DNA of 64,000 nucleotides from Spiroplasma sp. (GTDB lineage Bacteria; Bacillota_I; Bacilli_A; Mycoplasmatales; MT37): NCBI GenBank assembly GCA_965226525.1, contig OZ245361.1, positions 545,064 to 609,063 of the forward strand, read 5' to 3'. Shown piece by piece: positions 60,401 to 64,000 of this stretch (position 1 is its first letter; each line of letters starts with the position of its first letter). The notes under the pieces were generated by a model. It saw only the letters and a program-made list of their open reading frames with translations, ran no database searches and was not told where the DNA came from. The position numbers and the translations under genes were made by a program.

Positions 60401-62274
60401 ATTTTGCTCTGGATCAAGCACTTAGTCTTCACTCTTTTTATTTTAAGCAGTTTTTAAATAGTCTAAAATTGCTTAAATCAGAAGGCAGTTTTGATTTTGA
60501 TCATTTTTTTGCTTCCCAAAGTGACCAAAGGTTTGAGAGTTGACTTATCTTTGTTCAAAGTTTGTCACTGAAAAATGTTGATTTGCAAATATTGAGAAAA
60601 ACTTGAAAAGATTTCCAAAGCAGTTTGGAATCAAAAATATTAGAAAAAATTAAATCTGATTTTTTTCCGATCTGGGATTTTTTTAAAAGTTATTGTGTTT
60701 TCTTTGACATTTTTCAAATTCGTGCATTAACTGATAATCATTCTTTCACAATTTCAACAGACATTTGTTCAAAGTTTGTGTCTTTATCAGAAGAAGGTGT
60801 TGTAGATCTTTTCCTTCCATTAAAAATCTTACAAAATCATAATAAACAATTCAGGAAATATGCTTTTAAACTAATTTTAGAAAAGATGTTTAATCTTTTA
60901 CAACAGCAAGAATTTGCTGTTGTAATGAATAAAGAGTTTGCTGATATTTCCAAAGATGAGCATCAAAAAGTTGTTTTGTTCAGATTGGAAGAGGCTTTTT
61001 TTCAAAAGATTTGGAATGAAGTTGTAATCTTGCAGGATGGTTTAATGTTGTTTTCTCAAAAGGAATTTGCTGAATTAAGAAAACAAAGTCAGTTTGAAGG
61101 TTTGGATCTTCAATCTTTGGTTGCTGAAGTTGATTTAGCAAGTTTATTGGCAGATAGTTATGATAAGAAGACTAAAATTTTAAAAGTTTTTTCTCATTTA
61201 GCAGTTTTGAAGGAAGAGGTTAATAGGAGGCTTCAACTTCCTTTTAGTCCATTTTGGGAAAAGTTGAAATTGTTTTTGAAGTTGCCTGCTGGTTCTAATC
61301 TAATTGGTTTAGATAAAGAAAAAGATTTTGTTTTTAATTCACTTTTGGTTTTTAAGTCTTTGGATAAGTTGTCTATTGAAGACTCTTTACCTTTGCTTCA
61401 AAAACTAAAAAATTTATACCAAAGCAGGGAGTTGCTTTTGACAGAAATAACAGAAAGAAAGAGAATTTCTCAAAATGTTTTAACTTTTTCTAAATTTTTG
61501 GAAAGTAGTTTTTCTGCTTTAAGGTTAGATACTGCTTATTTAAAGAGTTTTTTTGCTTTGTTTCCGTGATTAAAAGAATACTTTGCAAAATGAGATTTAT
61601 CTTTTGGGAAGAGGGTAAAAGACTTAGTTTTTTCTCTTTTAGAAGTTTATTTTGGTAAATCTTTTAGAAGTTTAAGAAAGTATTTGCCTTATTTAAAAGT
61701 TGCTAGAATCAATCAATTGTCAGATGGTAACTTTGTTTTTAATCTAGATGTTTTTTGGCATTTAGATGGTAAATTAAGTTTTGAGAAACTTAATTTACAA
61801 GCTTTTCAGGAGTTAAAGAAGTTTTCAGAAAAAAAAGATTTCTATTTTAGCAACTTAGTTAATGCAAATCTAAAGCAAAAATTTGTTCATTTTTTGCCTT
61901 TTTTGAAAGTGCATTTACCTCAATTTCAAAATGAAATGATTGATAGCATAACCTTAAAAGTATCTGATCTTTCAAATCAGTTGGTTGTTAGTTTGTTACC
62001 TCTTTTTAGAGAGAATTTAGATGCTGATTTAACTGATTTTTCTTTTGAATCTTTGACTGAACTTAATAAATTAGTTCTTTTGCAGGAAAAAGATTTGGAT
62101 TGACAAAAACTACTTCTTACTAATTTAGCAGCAAAACAATCAGCAGCAACTGCTGCTCAAACAGAAGAAGGAATGCAGTTACCAGTAAAGATTTTACTTT
62201 CTACTGGTAGTATAGCAACCATTCTATTGGTGTTTTCTGGATTGTTTTGATGAACCAAAAGGTTTAGGTCTTAA
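57415..62274 (+). CDS. Giant tail-anchored surface protein (1619 aa), function unknown
   Basis: ORFs 57445, 57937, 59092, 59368, 60625 and 61684 are all in one frame with ATG 57415. I translated all junctions and found only TGA codons. The N-terminal hydrophobic segment is FLGFFSLVFSSLLFFAVGVVG. The C-terminus is ...ILLSTGSIATILLVFSGLFWWTKRFRS then TAA. Confidence 0.82.
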
Positions 62275-62300
62275 CTTGGTGTTAGGAGTAAGTTGATTGG

Positions 62301-62753
62301 TTGAATAAGTTACTTTTTTTAAACAAACGTTTGTTGCATTTTTTTTTGGTTTTTAAATCTTGAGAGGCTGGTGTTGTTTTAACATCAACAGCTGTAAGAC
62401 AAGTTTTGAAAGGAGTTTTTGATATTAGTCATTCATATGTTTTTGTTTCTAAAAGTAATGAATTGTTTTTAACAAATGTTCATTGTAATCAACCTAATTT
62501 AGAAAAAAATTATATTAGCAAAAATTTTAATTTTAAATTACTTTTGAAAAAAAAGGAAATTCTAGAAATTAAGAGAAAAAAACAACAAAAAGTGCTAACA
62601 ATTGTTCCCAAAAAAATTTATTTAAAAAATCATCGAATTAAATTGGAAATTGTTCTTGCTCAAGGTTTAAAAAAGTATCAGAAGAAACAAAAGTTAATTG
62701 CTCAAGATCATAAAAAAACAAGTAAAAATCTGACTAAATTTGTCAAAATTTAG
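62301..62753 (+). CDS. smpB: SsrA-binding protein SmpB
   Basis: About 150 aa. NKRLLHFFLVFKSWEAGVVLTSTAVRQVLKG matches the NKKA-x-HDY...EAGI-x-L-x-G-x-EVKS pattern. The C-terminus is KLLLKKKEILEI...KLEIVLAQGLKKYQKKQ. A TTG start at 62301 is inferred. Confidence 0.85.
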
Positions 62754-62833
62754 TTTTTTTTACTTTTTAATCAAAAAATGATTTTTTAACTGTGGTTTTT
62801 TTTGGTATCATAAAAAATGCTTATAAAAAGAAA

Positions 62834-63208
62834 GGGGGTGTTTTGAGGTTCGACAGAGAGTTTATTTTTGTTACTGGCAGTGGTTTGGTAAACCTTATTT
62901 ACTACTGGTTTTTGATAAAAGGAAACCATTTGTCTTTTAGTCAACCACATTCGCAACAGGTTTCTGTTTTTTAGTTTTTGGATGGCTGGGTTTTTCAAAG
63001 GTTGTTTGTTGCTTTGGAGAATTCTGATAGTTTAACAAACTAGGGTTTTATTTTTGCTTGAGGGTAAGATCTAAGATTTTTCAAGTTTTGCTTTCTGATT
63101 GTTTTTTGTTTGTTTTTACTCAGAGAGTAAGATTCTAAACTAAACTAAACTGTAGAGAGTAGCAGGGATGCTTTTTGGAAGTGGGTGCAAATCCCACCAC
63201 CTCCACCA
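62834..63208 (+). ncRNA. ssrA: tmRNA (ssrA)
   Basis: The 5' end is GGGGGTGTTTTGAGGTTCGACAG. The 3' end is GTGGG-TGCAAAT-CCCAC-CACCTCC-A-CCA. The acceptor pairs GGGGGTG with CACCTCC and includes a G3:U wobble. It lies directly downstream of smpB. Confidence 0.9.
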
Positions 63209-63337
63209 ATAAAGTAGTGTTTGTTTTAGAGAAGTGCTATCCAGGTTTATTTTATTTTGTCATTTGGGACAGAATTAAACAAATCAGTTAGTATCTCCAA
63301 GAAGAGTTAATGAAAAAAATTAGGGAGAAAAGCAAAA

Positions 63338-64000
63338 ATGTCACTCAATAAAGTTAAAAAATTTTTCCAGAAAAAAAACACTTTTAATTCTTTACTTACT
63401 GCTGTTTGTCAAAGAGATGTGAAAAGGATTAGAACAATTGTTGTTGATTTTAATGAAGTTGATTTAGCTAATTGGATGTCTATGATTTCAAGTGATGATC
63501 AAATTTTCTTTATGCGTTCTTTGGATAATTTGACTTCTTCAGCTGTTTTAAACAATCTTTCTCCAGAAGTAATAAAAAATATCATCAGTGCTTTTAACAA
63601 GAAGGAGACAAGGGAGTTGTTGAGCACTCTTTATTCTGATGATATTTTAGAACTAGTTGAGGATTTGCCTTCTGACTTAGTCACTAAAATTTTAGAATCT
63701 AGTTCTAAAGAGCAACGTGAGGACATTAATTATATTCTTAATTACCAGGAGGGTAGTGTTGGTTATGAAATGAATGTGGATTTTTTTTCAATTAAAATTA
63801 ATTCTCGGATCTCAGATGTTTTTGAACATATTAAAAAAAGCAAAAAAAATGTTGATGACATTCAGTTTTATTATGTCATTGATCATTCTGGTACCTTAAT
63901 TGGTTATGTTTCACTACCAGAATTGATTGCTTGTCAGGAAACAAAAACAGATAAGTTAGTTTCAGCAATTATGGAAACTGATGTAGTTTCAGTGCGCGCC
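63338..64000 (+). CDS. mgtE: Magnesium transporter MgtE (5' part, runs off the window)
   Basis: Open frame of 221 codons. It contains DDILELVEDLPSDLVTKILE...EQREDINYILNYQEGSVGYEMN...YYVIDHSGTLIGYVSLPELI, which matches the MgtE N-domain plus the start of the CBS domain. Confidence 0.8.
   Translation, partial: MSLNKVKKFFQKKNTFNSLLTAVCQRDVKRIRTIVVDFNEVDLANWMSMISSDDQIFFMRSLDNLTSSAVLNNLSPEVIKNIISAFNKKETRELLSTLYSDDILELVEDLPSDLVTKILESSSKEQREDINYILNYQEGSVGYEMNVDFFSIKINSRISDVFEHIKKSKKNVDDIQFYYVIDHSGTLIGYVSLPELIACQETKTDKLVSAIMETDVVSVRA

Noticed and set aside
62786-62998. ORFs on both strands (62786..62998 minus, 62792..62974 plus).
   Set aside because: They lie inside the tmRNA gene. The plus-strand ORF merely contains the candidate tag frame.

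Overview
This is a Mollicutes-type chromosome segment that uses genetic code 4. atpA, alaS, secA, uvrA, lgt and others are intact only if TGA is read as Trp, so the supplied standard-code ORF track is heavily fragmented. I re-joined ORFs by frame arithmetic and hand translation. GC is roughly 30-35% by eye. The species cannot be determined from the sequence alone.

nt 1-24,758 is a head-to-tail array of 15 co-oriented paralogous genes (14 complete, 1 cut by the window edge), with unit periods of about 1.29-2.05 kb and mostly about 1.75 kb. The encoded proteins are 370-528 aa. Each has a Cys-free signal-peptide-like N-terminus, 5-6 internal modules of about 80 aa, a Q/K/E-rich stalk, and a C-terminal Gly-rich motif + TM helix + basic tail. 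Every complete copy has its own TTGAC-A(14-16)-G-TAAAAT element ending 9 nt before the ATG. This looks like a slipped-strand, poly(A)-spacer phase-variation promoter. The array also shows near-identical segmental duplications and mosaic modules.

nt 24.8-64 kb is a housekeeping backbone: tRNA-Arg, tig, a 624-aa membrane protein, hisS, aspS, tRNA-Leu, a UPF0154 protein, rpmG, an AI-2E permease, alaS, upp, atpBEFHAGD, atpC, secA, uvrB, uvrA, lgt, a CaCA exchanger, secG, smpB, tmRNA and the mgtE 5' part.

Three accessory genes interrupt this backbone. A 651-aa secreted protein and a 297-aa doubly anchored K/E-rich protein separate atpD from atpC. A 1619-aa tail-anchored giant protein lies between secG and smpB-ssrA.

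No database searches were possible. All family assignments rest on motifs I recognised by eye.
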